This document shows positions 1-9,226 of a DNA stretch of 64,000 nucleotides, in pieces. The position numbers were made by a program, and so were the translations under genes. Under the pieces are notes generated by a model. That model was not told the origin of the DNA. It ran no database searches and saw only the letters and a list, made by a program, of their open reading frames with translations. The DNA lies in contig CBDCCS010000015.1 of assembly GCA_965214935.1 (NCBI GenBank), forward strand, positions 17,791 through 81,790. Direction: 5' to 3'. Numbering within the stretch: position 1 is the first letter of the stretch; each line of letters begins with the position of its first letter. Source of the DNA: Candidatus Velthaea sp. Lineage in GTDB: Bacteria; Vulcanimicrobiota; Vulcanimicrobiia; Vulcanimicrobiales; Vulcanimicrobiaceae.

Positions 1-399
1 ATGCTTACCGACCTTAAGAACCGCGTGGCCAAGAACCCGCGCGACATTGCCGCACTCGTTCAACTCGGCAACTTGTATTTCGACGCGCAAAAGTTCGACC
101 AATCGGCAGGCTATTATAAAAGTGCGCTCGCTCTCGATCCGACGAATCCCGATGTACGCAACGACGAAGCCGCTGCGCTGCATGCAAGCGGACACGATCT
201 CGAGGCACTCAGCGAGGTCACGCGCGTGATCGCCGAGCGGCCGACGTTTCCTCAAGCGTTATTCAACGAGGGCATCATCCTGCGATCGATGGGACGGCGC
301 AGCGATGCGGTCGTCGCGTATCGACGCTTCTTGCAAGCCGCACCGCACGATGCGCATGCTGCCGACGCCGGCGCTGCAATTAAAGAACTCGCGCAGTGA
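1..399 (+). CDS. Tetratricopeptide-repeat protein (possibly N-terminally truncated by the window edge)
   Basis: TPR-like helices (ALVQLGNLYFDAQKFDQSAGYYKSALALDP; ALFNEGIILRSMGRRSDAVVAYRRFL); stop overlaps the next start (GTGA). Confidence 0.8.
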   Translation: MLTDLKNRVAKNPRDIAALVQLGNLYFDAQKFDQSAGYYKSALALDPTNPDVRNDEAAALHASGHDLEALSEVTRVIAERPTFPQALFNEGIILRSMGRRSDAVVAYRRFLQAAPHDAHAADAGAAIKELAQ

Positions 400-1229
400 A
401 AATCTACGTCTCGGCCGATATGGAAGGCACGGCCGCCGTCACGTCGTGGACGCAAGTCGACCCCGCGAACGCAACGGAATATCCGTATTATCGCCGCCTC
501 ATGTCGCGCGAAGTGCGCGCCGCGATCGACGGAGCCCGCTCGCTCGGACCAGCCGAGATCCTCGTCAACGATGCGCATAGTTCGATGCGCAACATCTTAT
601 GGGACGAACTGCCGCCCGACGTGCGAATGATCTACGGTAATCGCAAACCTCTGTCGATGAGCGAAGGGATCGAGGCCGGGTTCGATGCGGCGTTCTTCAC
701 CGGATACCACGCAGGCATCGGCGAGCAGAACGGCGGCCTCGATCATACGTATGCCGATGAAACGCTTTACAACACGCGGGTTAACGGCGTGCGCTGCAAC
801 GAGGCCATTCTCAACGCCGCAGTCGTCGGTACATACGGTGTTCCGGTCGTCCTCGTCACCGGCGATCGCGTCGGCGTCGAGCAAACGCAAGCAACGTTGC
901 CGTGGATTACCGGCGTCGTCGTCAAAGATTCGATCGGGCGATTTGCAACGAATTCTATCTCACCGGCGTCGGCCTGCGAACGAATTTTCAGCGGCGCGCA
1001 AGTCGCGCTGCGCCGATTGCCCCAAGCGCGCCCGTTTACGTTTGCCGCGCCGATCGAATTGGAACTCGACTTTGCATTCACGCACAACGCCGATTTTGCC
1101 GAGCTCATACCGGGTTTCGAGCGGATCGGCGGTCGTACGGTGCGCTACGTTCACAACGATTTTCGCACCGTGTTTCGCGCTTATGTGGCTGCATTTCGGC
1201 TCGGCGCGGCAGCGAATGCAGCGGTCTGA
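396..1229 (+). CDS. dppA: M55 family D-aminopeptidase
   Basis: MKIYVSADMEG, VNDAH, FTGYHA and LDHTY motifs typical of peptidase M55. Confidence 0.92.
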   Translation: MKIYVSADMEGTAAVTSWTQVDPANATEYPYYRRLMSREVRAAIDGARSLGPAEILVNDAHSSMRNILWDELPPDVRMIYGNRKPLSMSEGIEAGFDAAFFTGYHAGIGEQNGGLDHTYADETLYNTRVNGVRCNEAILNAAVVGTYGVPVVLVTGDRVGVEQTQATLPWITGVVVKDSIGRFATNSISPASACERIFSGAQVALRRLPQARPFTFAAPIELELDFAFTHNADFAELIPGFERIGGRTVRYVHNDFRTVFRAYVAAFRLGAAANAAV

Positions 1230-1232
1230 GGG

Positions 1233-2027
1233 GTGACGCTCGTCGGTTTTCAAGGCGAACCCGGGGCGTTTAGCGATGAAGCTGCGCGGCAACTCGTCGA
1301 CGGCACGGAGACGCAAGGTTACCGCACGTTTGAGGACCTCGTTGCGGCGGTCGATCGTGCTGCCGTAGATTACGCGCTGCTCCCGGTAGAAAATTCAATT
1401 TACGGCGCAATCGCTCGAGCGTACGATCTGTTGTGGGATTATAGGGCGTTGACCATCGTCGATGAAATCGTCTTCCCGGTCGTTCAAAATCTGATCGGTA
1501 CGACAACAGCGACGCTCGGCGGCATCCGCGAAGTCCGCTCGCATCCCGTTGCTCTCGAACAAGTGCGGCGGCTCTTCGAGAGCAACCCGCAGTGGCGCCG
1601 CATCGTCGTCGACGATACGGCGGCGGCCGTCGCGCAGGTCGTCGCGGGGAACGACCCCGCCATCGCGGCGATCGCCTCCGCATTCGCCGCCGAACGCTAC
1701 GGCGCCCGAATCTTGCGCGCGGCCGTCCAGGACGATGACGACAACTACACGCGTTTCTACTTGTTGCAGCGTGACGGAACCGCGCGACGCCTGTTGGGCC
1801 GGGCCTGCGTTGCGCTCGAACTTCCGAATACCCCGGGCAGTCTGCGCGATGCTCTATCCTCGTTTTCGGATCGCGCGATCAACTTGCGTTCGCTCGTCTC
1901 GCGCCCGAGCCGCGCAAGCGCTTTCAATTACCGTTTTTATTGCGAGATCGACCGCGTCGACACCGAGCGTTTGCACGCCGCCTTAGGTGCAATCGTCGGC
2001 GACACGCGCATTTTCGGCGTATACTAG
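1233..2027 (+). CDS. pheA: Prephenate dehydratase
   Basis: FQGEPGAFS, LPVENSIYG, SHPVALEQ and NYTRF motifs; ACT-like C-terminus (PGSL...SRP). Confidence 0.9.
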   Translation: MTLVGFQGEPGAFSDEAARQLVDGTETQGYRTFEDLVAAVDRAAVDYALLPVENSIYGAIARAYDLLWDYRALTIVDEIVFPVVQNLIGTTTATLGGIREVRSHPVALEQVRRLFESNPQWRRIVVDDTAAAVAQVVAGNDPAIAAIASAFAAERYGARILRAAVQDDDDNYTRFYLLQRDGTARRLLGRACVALELPNTPGSLRDALSSFSDRAINLRSLVSRPSRASAFNYRFYCEIDRVDTERLHAALGAIVGDTRIFGVY

Positions 2028-3227
2028 TTGCGTGCCGCAAGCGGCAACAGTTCGATCGCCGGCGTTATCGTTGCACTCCTCATCATTGCCGTAGACATCG
2101 GTTTAGCGCGCTTGGGCTACGGCTTGCTGCTGCCGGCAGTGCGCGCAGACATCGGTGGTGCGTACGGGCTGTACGGCGCGATCGGTGCCGTGCATCTGGC
2201 GGGCTATCTGATCGGCACCATCCTTGCCGCATGCTTTTTAAGCAATCGCGCCGGGTTGCCGCGGGTCATGTGCGGAGCGCAACTCGTGGTCGGCGGCGGG
2301 CTCTTCTGGTCGGCCTTCGCGCATGACGTGTTCAGCTTGGGCGTAACGCGCTGCGTCGTCGGGATTGCCAGCGGCGTTGCGATCATCGCCGTCGTAACCG
2401 ATGCACTCGAACGCGTTGCGCGCTCGCAACGCGGTGTAACGAGCAGCATCGCGTTTGCCGGTATCGGCGTCGGTGTGATGGCCTCTGCGCCGGCCGGTCA
2501 GTGGGCGATCGCCGATCCCGCCCGCTGGCGCGAAGTGACGCTCGTTTTTGCCGCTGCTGCTTGTATCGTTGCGCTTACCGCACTCGGCTTACGCGCGTTT
2601 ATCCCGGCTGTCGAGTCGCCCGCGCAAACCGGCATTGCTTTTCGCGCCCGCGACCTCATCGGGCGCCGCTATCTACCATTCGTCGTTGCTTACACGTGCT
2701 TTGGGATCGCGTATATTTCATACGCCACCTTCGCCGTTGCTGCGTTCGCCGCGCGCGGTATTTCGGGCGCGACGCTTAGCGCCGTCTGGTTCGGTTTTGG
2801 CTTCGCGGCGATCGTTGGTGCGCTTGCAATGGGACGCGTGCTCTCCGGCCGGTGGCATCGCTACGCACTGATGTTACCGCTGCTCGGCGGTGCGATCGGC
2901 TGCGCGCTATCGCTATTCGAGAGTGAAGTCGCCGCAATCGCAGGGGCATTCGCCGTCGGTTCGTGCCTCTCGGCAACACCGGCCGTTGCAAGTGCGTTCG
3001 GTCGCGAACGTAGCGACGCGGCAACGTCCGCCCAGGCGTTGGCTGCAATTACGGCATGCTTCGGCGGCGGGCAGATTGCCGGTCCGCTCGTCACCGGCGC
3101 GCTCGCCGACGTCTTCGGCCTCAAGGCAGTCGTCAGCGTCGGCGCCGGTGTTTTCCTCATCGGCGCACTCTGCGCGTACGTCGACGCGAATTACGTGTGC
3201 GGCGACGCACGAGCAAAGATGGCGTAG
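2028..3227 (+). CDS. MFS transporter (YbfB/YjiJ-like)
   Basis: About 12 hydrophobic segments; GLARLGYGLLLP, GYLIG and GGGQIAGP motifs. Confidence 0.8.
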   Translation: MRAASGNSSIAGVIVALLIIAVDIGLARLGYGLLLPAVRADIGGAYGLYGAIGAVHLAGYLIGTILAACFLSNRAGLPRVMCGAQLVVGGGLFWSAFAHDVFSLGVTRCVVGIASGVAIIAVVTDALERVARSQRGVTSSIAFAGIGVGVMASAPAGQWAIADPARWREVTLVFAAAACIVALTALGLRAFIPAVESPAQTGIAFRARDLIGRRYLPFVVAYTCFGIAYISYATFAVAAFAARGISGATLSAVWFGFGFAAIVGALAMGRVLSGRWHRYALMLPLLGGAIGCALSLFESEVAAIAGAFAVGSCLSATPAVASAFGRERSDAATSAQALAAITACFGGGQIAGPLVTGALADVFGLKAVVSVGAGVFLIGALCAYVDANYVCGDARAKMA

Positions 3228-3253
3228 CACAAGACGAAAGAAGACACCTCGGC

Positions 3254-3670
3254 ATGAACGCTACCGATCTGTCCAACATGTACCGGGCTTACATCGCTTG
3301 CCTCAACAAACACGATTGGGCGATGCTCGAGCAATTCGTTCGGGCCGACGTTATCCACAACGGGCAGCGGATCGGATTATCGGGTTATCGCGCGATGCTC
3401 GTACGAGACCACGATGCGATTCCCGATTTGAGCTACACTATCGAACTGCTCGTATGCGAATCGCCTTTCATTGCCAGCAGGCTCGGCTTCGCCTGTACGC
3501 CGCAACAAACGTTCTTGGGCCTTCAAGTAAACGGCACGCGTGTGTTGTTTTCCGAAAATGTCTTCTACCAAGTGAAAGCCGCGAAGATCGAGCAAGTGTG
3601 GTCGGTCATTGACAAGGCGGCTATTGAAGCGCAATTACCCCCTTCGACACGTTCCGATAACTCTCAGTAG
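3254..3670 (+). CDS. SnoaL-like ester cyclase family protein
   Basis: YRAYIACLN...IPDL...ENVFY...WSVIDKAAIEAQL; ATG at 3254 chosen inside the track ORF 3056-3670. Confidence 0.85.
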   Translation: MNATDLSNMYRAYIACLNKHDWAMLEQFVRADVIHNGQRIGLSGYRAMLVRDHDAIPDLSYTIELLVCESPFIASRLGFACTPQQTFLGLQVNGTRVLFSENVFYQVKAAKIEQVWSVIDKAAIEAQLPPSTRSDNSQ

Positions 3671-3801
3671 CTCTTGGTCTGACAGCGCTGTAATTCGTAT
3701 GCTTGCGGTATGGCGACGACTTGCAGTACGGTGTAGCTGCTGATTTGCGCAAGCTGCTGCAGTCCAGAATCCTTATACGTCTGCTCGGACGTATCCGATT
3801 T

Positions 3802-4467
3802 CTAAGCTGCCGGCGCTCCGTTCGCATCGGTCGATGTTGACTGTGTGGTAAAGCGAATGAACAGCGCCATCGTGCCACCGCCGCTGAAGCGAATGAAAAG
3901 CGCGCCGTCACCGTTGCTGCGATTGTCGGCGGCGAATGCGCCGGTGTCCCCTTGCATCATGTGAATGTCGTGCACGCCGTTCTCGGGCGAAAAGCCGAAC
4001 GTCGCGTCGGCGCCCGGATCGGTGAAGCCGTCGCCGAAAGCAATTGCGACTGCACCGGTGTCCGCTATCGCCCGTTGAATCTGCCCGTCGAGCAGGTTCC
4101 GTAGCGTAATTCCACTACCGTCGGGCGGGATTTGCTGCATATCGGCAAGCCGAAACAGTCCGTCGCGAACGTAGTCGAGACCCAACCCGCCGGGGCCGGT
4201 CGCAAGCGCCGTGAAGCCCGGCTCACCGGCAGCGAGCGTTGGCAGATCGCGCTTCGTCGGCAGCGTGTAAGCCGGATCGTAGTGCGCGAGGACTTCGGAG
4301 GTATCGACGGAGCGCACGTTCACCGCGAGCCGGTAGCTGACGTCTGCCTCGATCCAAATTTCGTAATGCGGTGAAGCACCGCCGGCATTGAAACGGCCGT
4401 CTTTGACTTTTCCGACCAAGACACCATACGTGCGGCTTGCGAGTCGAGCATCATGCGAGACGAACAT
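3802..4467 (-). CDS. DUF2278/YukJ family protein
   Basis: YGVLVG, SPHY, YRLAVNVRS, LDYVR, GVHDIHMMQG and DGALF motifs; start uncertain. Confidence 0.75.
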   Translation of the reverse strand: MFVSHDARLASRTYGVLVGKVKDGRFNAGGASPHYEIWIEADVSYRLAVNVRSVDTSEVLAHYDPAYTLPTKRDLPTLAAGEPGFTALATGPGGLGLDYVRDGLFRLADMQQIPPDGSGITLRNLLDGQIQRAIADTGAVAIAFGDGFTDPGADATFGFSPENGVHDIHMMQGDTGAFAADNRSNGDGALFIRFSGGGTMALFIRFTTQSTSTDANGAPAA

Positions 4468-4562
4468 AGTGGCACGCTTAGCGTCGCAAGACGTTGAAGC
4501 TTGCAAAAGGTGTCATGAACCGCCGATTCGGAACGTCACCCGTCCCGACGCTTCGCAATAGG

Positions 4563-5528
4563 ATGAATATGCAGACTGCTCCGTTCGATGTTCTGACGAT
4601 GGGCCGGATCGGCGTCGACATCTATCCGCAGCAGATCGGGGTCTCGCTGCGCGAGGTCGAGACCTTCGCTAAGTTCCTCGGCGGCAGCGCAACCAATGTT
4701 GCGGTTGCCGCCGCGCGCTACGGCCGCCGTTCGGCGATTATCACGCGAACCGGCACCGACCCGTTCGGCGCATTCATTCATGACGCGCTCGCTAGATTCG
4801 GTGTCGACGACCGCTTTGTGACGGCGGTCGCGGAGTTTCCGACGCCGGTAACGTTCTGCGAGATTTTTCCGCCCGATCACTTTCCAATTTATTTTTACCG
4901 ATTGCCGAAAGCTCCGGATCTCGAAATCTACACGCACGAACTCGATCTCGATGCGATTCGCGCGGCACGCATCTTCTGGGTGACCGTTACCGGATTGAGC
5001 CAAGAACCAAGCCGCAGCGCAACGCTTGCGGCCCTGGAAGCCCGCGGCAAATCGGGGATTACCGTGCTCGACCTCGACTACCGGCCGATGTTCTGGAAGT
5101 CGCGCGAAGAGGCGCGGCCGTGGGTCCAGCAAGCCCTTGCGCACGTGACGGTCGCCGTCGGCAACCTCGATGAATGTGAGACGGCGGTCGCCGAGTCGGA
5201 ACCGCGCACCGCAGCGCGCGCTCTGCGCGCGTTCGGCGTTGAACTTGCGGTCATCAAGCAGGGACCCAAAGGCGTGCTCGCAAGCGACGGTCAGGTTTGG
5301 ATTGAAGTGCCGCCGGTGCCGATTACGGTCGTCAACGGACTAGGCGCAGGCGATGCCTTCGGCGGCGGGCTCTGTCACGGACTGCTCGCCGGCTGGGACA
5401 TCGAGCACAGCATGCGTTTTGCCAACGCCGCCGGCGCGATCGTCGCTTCGCGCCTTGCCTGCGCCGATGCAATGCCGGACGCGGGCGAAGTTGAAGCGTT
5501 ACTGCAGGGCGGTGGCGTGCATGCATGA
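4563..5528 (+). CDS. iolC: 5-dehydro-2-deoxygluconokinase (PfkB family)
   Basis: MGRIGVDIYP, GGSATNVAVAAAR, DLDYRP and NGLGAGDAF; adjacent to iolD. Confidence 0.92.
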   Translation: MNMQTAPFDVLTMGRIGVDIYPQQIGVSLREVETFAKFLGGSATNVAVAAARYGRRSAIITRTGTDPFGAFIHDALARFGVDDRFVTAVAEFPTPVTFCEIFPPDHFPIYFYRLPKAPDLEIYTHELDLDAIRAARIFWVTVTGLSQEPSRSATLAALEARGKSGITVLDLDYRPMFWKSREEARPWVQQALAHVTVAVGNLDECETAVAESEPRTAARALRAFGVELAVIKQGPKGVLASDGQVWIEVPPVPITVVNGLGAGDAFGGGLCHGLLAGWDIEHSMRFANAAGAIVASRLACADAMPDAGEVEALLQGGGVHA

Positions 5529-7419
5529 TGCCGCAGACCGCAACGGCGCTTATCGTCCGTCCGAACGGCTAACGATGGCGCAAGCGCTCATTCGATTTTT
5601 AGCCAATCAATTCAGTGAACGTGACGGTCTCGAACGGCGATTGATCGCCGGCTGTTTCGGTATTTTCGGTCATGGTAACGTTGCAGGCATCGGTCAAGCG
5701 CTGCTCGAGGCGCAAGCCGAAATGCGTTATTATCAAGCTCGCAACGAACAGGCGATGGTGCATACGGCCGTTGCGTACGCGCGCATGCACAATCGGTTGT
5801 CGACCTTCGCGTGCACGTCGTCGATCGGTCCGGGTGCGACGAACATGGTTACCGGCGCAGCGCTCGCGACGATCAATCGAATCCCGGTCTTGCTGCTGCC
5901 GAGCGATACGTTCGCGACGCGCAGCGCCGGAACGCTGTTGCAAGAACTCGAAGATCCGGCATCGCTCAACGTTTCGGTCAACGACTGTTTCCGGCCGGTT
6001 TCACGCTTCTGGGATCGCATCGAGCGGCCCGAACAATTGATGTCGTCGGCGCTCGCAGCGATGCGCATCTTGACCGATCCGGCCGAGACCGGTGCGGTCA
6101 CCATCGCTTTGCCCGAAGACGTCCAAACCGAAGCGTTCGATTGGCCGGCGGGCTTCTTCGAAAAACGCGTATGGCGCGTGCGGCGACCGTTGCCGGATGC
6201 AACGACGCTCGACGAAGCGGCGGCGCTGCTGCGCAGCGCACAGCGGCCGCTCATCGTCGCCGGCGGCGGCGTCATTTACAGCGGTGCAGCCGGCGCGCTC
6301 AAAGCGTTCGTGGACTCAACCGGCATTCCGGTCGGCGAAACCCAAGCCGGCAAAGGCGCATTACCGTACGATGATCCGTGCGCGGTCGGCGCGATCGGCA
6401 CAACCGGAACCGCTGCCGCCAACACCCTAGCGCGCGACGCCGATGTGGTCGTAGGAATCGGAACGCGCTGGAGCGATTTTACGACCGCATCGCGCAGTCT
6501 TTTTCAGCGCCCGGGCGTCCGGTTTATCAATCTGAACGTTGCAGCGCTCGATGCATACAAGCATGGCGGCATCTCGCTTGTCGGCGACGCGCGCGAAGGT
6601 TTGCAGAGCTTGCGATCGGTGCTCGGCACCTGGTCGGTGAGCCCGGAGTATGGCGAGCAGACGCGCGCGCTTGCCGCGGCTTGGAACGCGACGGTCGATG
6701 CGGCATACGCGCAACGGCACGCACCGCTGCCGGCGCAAGCCGAGATCGTCGGCGTGGTAAACGCCGTAAGCGGACCGCGCGACGTCGTCATTTGCGCGGC
6801 CGGGAGCCTGCCCGGCGATCTGCATAAATTGTGGCGCACGCGCGATCCGAAAGGCTATCACGTCGAATACGGCTACTCGTGCATGGGTTACGAAATCGCC
6901 GGCGGTATCGGGGTGAAGATGGCCGCGCCCGACCGCGAAGTGTTCGTCATGGTCGGCGACGGTTCGTACCTGATGATGCACACCGAACTCGTTACAGCAC
7001 TTGCCGAAGGCATCAAATTAACAATCGTGCTGGTGCAAAACCACGGCTTTGCATCGATCGGCGCGCTGTCTGAAAGCGTCGGTTCGCAGCGCTTCGGCAC
7101 GGCCTACCGCTATCGTACTTCAGCGACCGGCATGCTCGACGGTGACGTTCTACCGGTCGATCTTGCCGCGAACGCAGAAACGTTAGGTTGCAGAGTATTG
7201 CGCGCCAAGACGACGGAAGATTTTCGTTCGGCGCTCGAAACGGCGCGAGCGGCAAGCGCTACTACCGTGGTCTATATTGAAACCGATCCGCTCGTTGCAA
7301 GCCCAAGTTCAGCGGCTTGGTGGGATGTTCCGGTCGCCGAAGTTTCCGCATTACGCTCGACACAGCGCGCGCGCGAAACGTACCTCGATGCGAAAGAACG
7401 GCAACGCACGTATCTATAA
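5521..7419 (+). CDS. iolD: 3D-(3,5/4)-trihydroxycyclohexane-1,2-dione acylhydrolase (ThDP-dependent)
   Basis: GIFGHGNVAG, RNEQAMVH, EYGYSCMGYEIAG, VGDGSYLM and WWDVPVAEVS. Confidence 0.95.
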   Translation: MHDAADRNGAYRPSERLTMAQALIRFLANQFSERDGLERRLIAGCFGIFGHGNVAGIGQALLEAQAEMRYYQARNEQAMVHTAVAYARMHNRLSTFACTSSIGPGATNMVTGAALATINRIPVLLLPSDTFATRSAGTLLQELEDPASLNVSVNDCFRPVSRFWDRIERPEQLMSSALAAMRILTDPAETGAVTIALPEDVQTEAFDWPAGFFEKRVWRVRRPLPDATTLDEAAALLRSAQRPLIVAGGGVIYSGAAGALKAFVDSTGIPVGETQAGKGALPYDDPCAVGAIGTTGTAAANTLARDADVVVGIGTRWSDFTTASRSLFQRPGVRFINLNVAALDAYKHGGISLVGDAREGLQSLRSVLGTWSVSPEYGEQTRALAAAWNATVDAAYAQRHAPLPAQAEIVGVVNAVSGPRDVVICAAGSLPGDLHKLWRTRDPKGYHVEYGYSCMGYEIAGGIGVKMAAPDREVFVMVGDGSYLMMHTELVTALAEGIKLTIVLVQNHGFASIGALSESVGSQRFGTAYRYRTSATGMLDGDVLPVDLAANAETLGCRVLRAKTTEDFRSALETARAASATTVVYIETDPLVASPSSAAWWDVPVAEVSALRSTQRARETYLDAKERQRTYL

Positions 7420-7500
7420 CGCTGTTACGAGCGCCGCCGGTACGCATCGAGCGCTAGCCCGGAACGACGCTCATTCAATGTCGGAGATCGCGCCGATCGG

Positions 7501-7899
7501 CTACCAGGTGGGCCGGATCGGGCCGGTTCCCACTGCCGGCGCGAGAGCGGCGCGCAACGCCTCGAAACGAGTTGTGCCGAGACGCGCGCGCATTGTCGCT
7601 TCGGCGCAGGCGGCTGCTGCGTCGGCTGCTGCCGTACAGGCACGGCCGCGCGCCGGCGACAGTAGCCACGCGCCACGAGTTGTTCCACAAGTTGGCTTGC
7701 CGCTTGTTTGGAAACACCGAAGTATGCGGCTAAGTCGCCGATCGTTGCCTCAGCCGCGCTCAAACGAATAAAAGCAAAGCCGTGTGCCGGCCGGACGTCG
7801 GTGAAGCCGCGCCTCTTAAACCCGTCTGAATCGCCTCAACGAGTTCGGTCGCGGCGCAAGACGAGAAACGTCAACGGTGGCGAGTCATCGATCGTTCAT
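7501..7899 (-). pseudogene. Frameshifted and internally deleted MarR-family regulator
   Basis: Pieces in different frames rebuild LTFLVL/AATELVEAIQTGL/RRGFTDVRPAHGFAFIRLSAAEATIGDLAAYFGVSKQAASQLVEQLVARGY/RGRACTAAADAAA...GPIRPTW*; the wing (DxR) segment is missing. Confidence 0.75.
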
Positions 7900-7912
7900 T
7901 CTTGACACACAA

Positions 7913-7949
7913 GACAAGAACGTTGACTACAATAGACAAGCTACTTGAC
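7913..7949. promoter_or_regulatory. Tandem putative MarR operator boxes GACAAG-N3-STTGAC
   Basis: GACAAGaacGTTGAC (7913-7927) and GACAAGctaCTTGAC (7935-7949), 22 bp apart, between the divergent marR and cupin remnants. Confidence 0.55.
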
Positions 7950-7970
7950 GACATTTTTTAAAGTGGTTCG

Positions 7971-8129
7971 ATGCCGGCCGACGCCGGCGACGTCATCTAC
8001 GCACCGGCGCATGCCGAGCTTCGCGTGGACACCGGTGCGGTTTCCGCGGCCGCCTGGGTGACCGCAACGGCCGGTTTGGAAGCGGTACTGCAGGACGGCA
8101 CGCGGCTCGTTCCGCCACGGACGCTTTAA
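7971..8129 (+). pseudogene. C-terminal remnant of a cupin-domain protein
   Basis: MPADAGDVIYAPAHAELRVDTGAVSAAAWVTATAGLEAVLQDGTRLVPP; has cupin motif 2 (AGDxxxxP) but no motif 1. Confidence 0.6.
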
Positions 8130-8170
8130 ATTCAAACGCGTCAGCGCCGACTCTCGGTCAATGACGGGCC

Positions 8171-9103
8171 CTACGTGCTCGCGACCGGCTGCACGATCGT
8201 GTAACCGGCGCTCGCGAGCGCTTGGGACAACTCTCGATGGCCCATGCGCGCATATTCGAGCGGTGGGGCTGTGGCCGGATCTTGCTCCGCCTCGACGATG
8301 AACCAGCCGCAATAGCCCGCATCGGCCAAACGCTGCACGATCGGGCCGAAATCAATGGCGCCGTCGCCCGGAACGGTGAACACACCGCGCAGCACGGCGC
8401 CGAGGAACGACTCCCTTCGGCTGTCGAGATCGGCCAGAATCGCAGGCCGGACGTCTTTCGCGTGTACGTGCACGACGCGCTCGGCATGCAGGTCGAGCAC
8501 GCGCAACGGATCGGCTCCGGCAAAAACCAAATGCCCGGTATCGAACAACAGTCCGACTGCCGGGCCCGTCGCCGCCATCAGCCGATCGATGTCATGTTCG
8601 TCTTCGATCGCGGTTCCTATATGGTGATGAAACGCAAAAGCCAACCCGGACGCGCGCACGAACTCGGCGAACAGCGTTAATTTACGTCCGTAGGCGATGA
8701 CCTCGTCATCGTGGAGACGGCGCCGATTTGCAAGCGGAACGTCTTGCCGGTTTTGTATCGTCCCGGCCGTTTCTCCATAGACGAACACGGTCGCGCCGCA
8801 ATCGCGAAATAATGCAAGCTGCGCGCACGCTCGATCTTCTTCTGCTTCGAGATCCGTATCGAGCAGCGTTCCGGAATACCAGCCGCCGACCAAACGCAAC
8901 TCGTAACTCGCTAATAACGGTCCGAGCTCGTCGCGCGTCCGTGGAAATTTCCCGCCCATTTCGGTGCCGAGGAAGCCGGCCGCACGTGATTCGCCTAGAC
9001 ACGTGGCAAGCGACGTATCGCCGCCGAGTTGCGGTAAATCGTCGTTCGTCCAGGCAATCGGCGAAATGCCGAGCTTCGCCCGTAACAAAATCGTATCGCT
9101 CAT
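8171..9103 (-). CDS. iolE: myo-inosose-2 dehydratase
   Basis: LGISPIAWTNDDLP, FHHHIGT, LLFDTGH, VHAKDVR, FTVPGDG and VEAEQDP. Confidence 0.93.
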   Translation of the reverse strand: MSDTILLRAKLGISPIAWTNDDLPQLGGDTSLATCLGESRAAGFLGTEMGGKFPRTRDELGPLLASYELRLVGGWYSGTLLDTDLEAEEDRACAQLALFRDCGATVFVYGETAGTIQNRQDVPLANRRRLHDDEVIAYGRKLTLFAEFVRASGLAFAFHHHIGTAIEDEHDIDRLMAATGPAVGLLFDTGHLVFAGADPLRVLDLHAERVVHVHAKDVRPAILADLDSRRESFLGAVLRGVFTVPGDGAIDFGPIVQRLADAGYCGWFIVEAEQDPATAPPLEYARMGHRELSQALASAGYTIVQPVAST

Positions 9104-9226
9104 TGATGGAAGTCACTAAGCGAGTCGCCGGCTTTCCTGCGTGTGTTGCCTCCAAGGCCGCGAGCGTGCTTGGGCAACTGTCGGTTTATGACCGTCGCGG
9201 CTCGCGACGAGTGGACTCAGTTGCAG

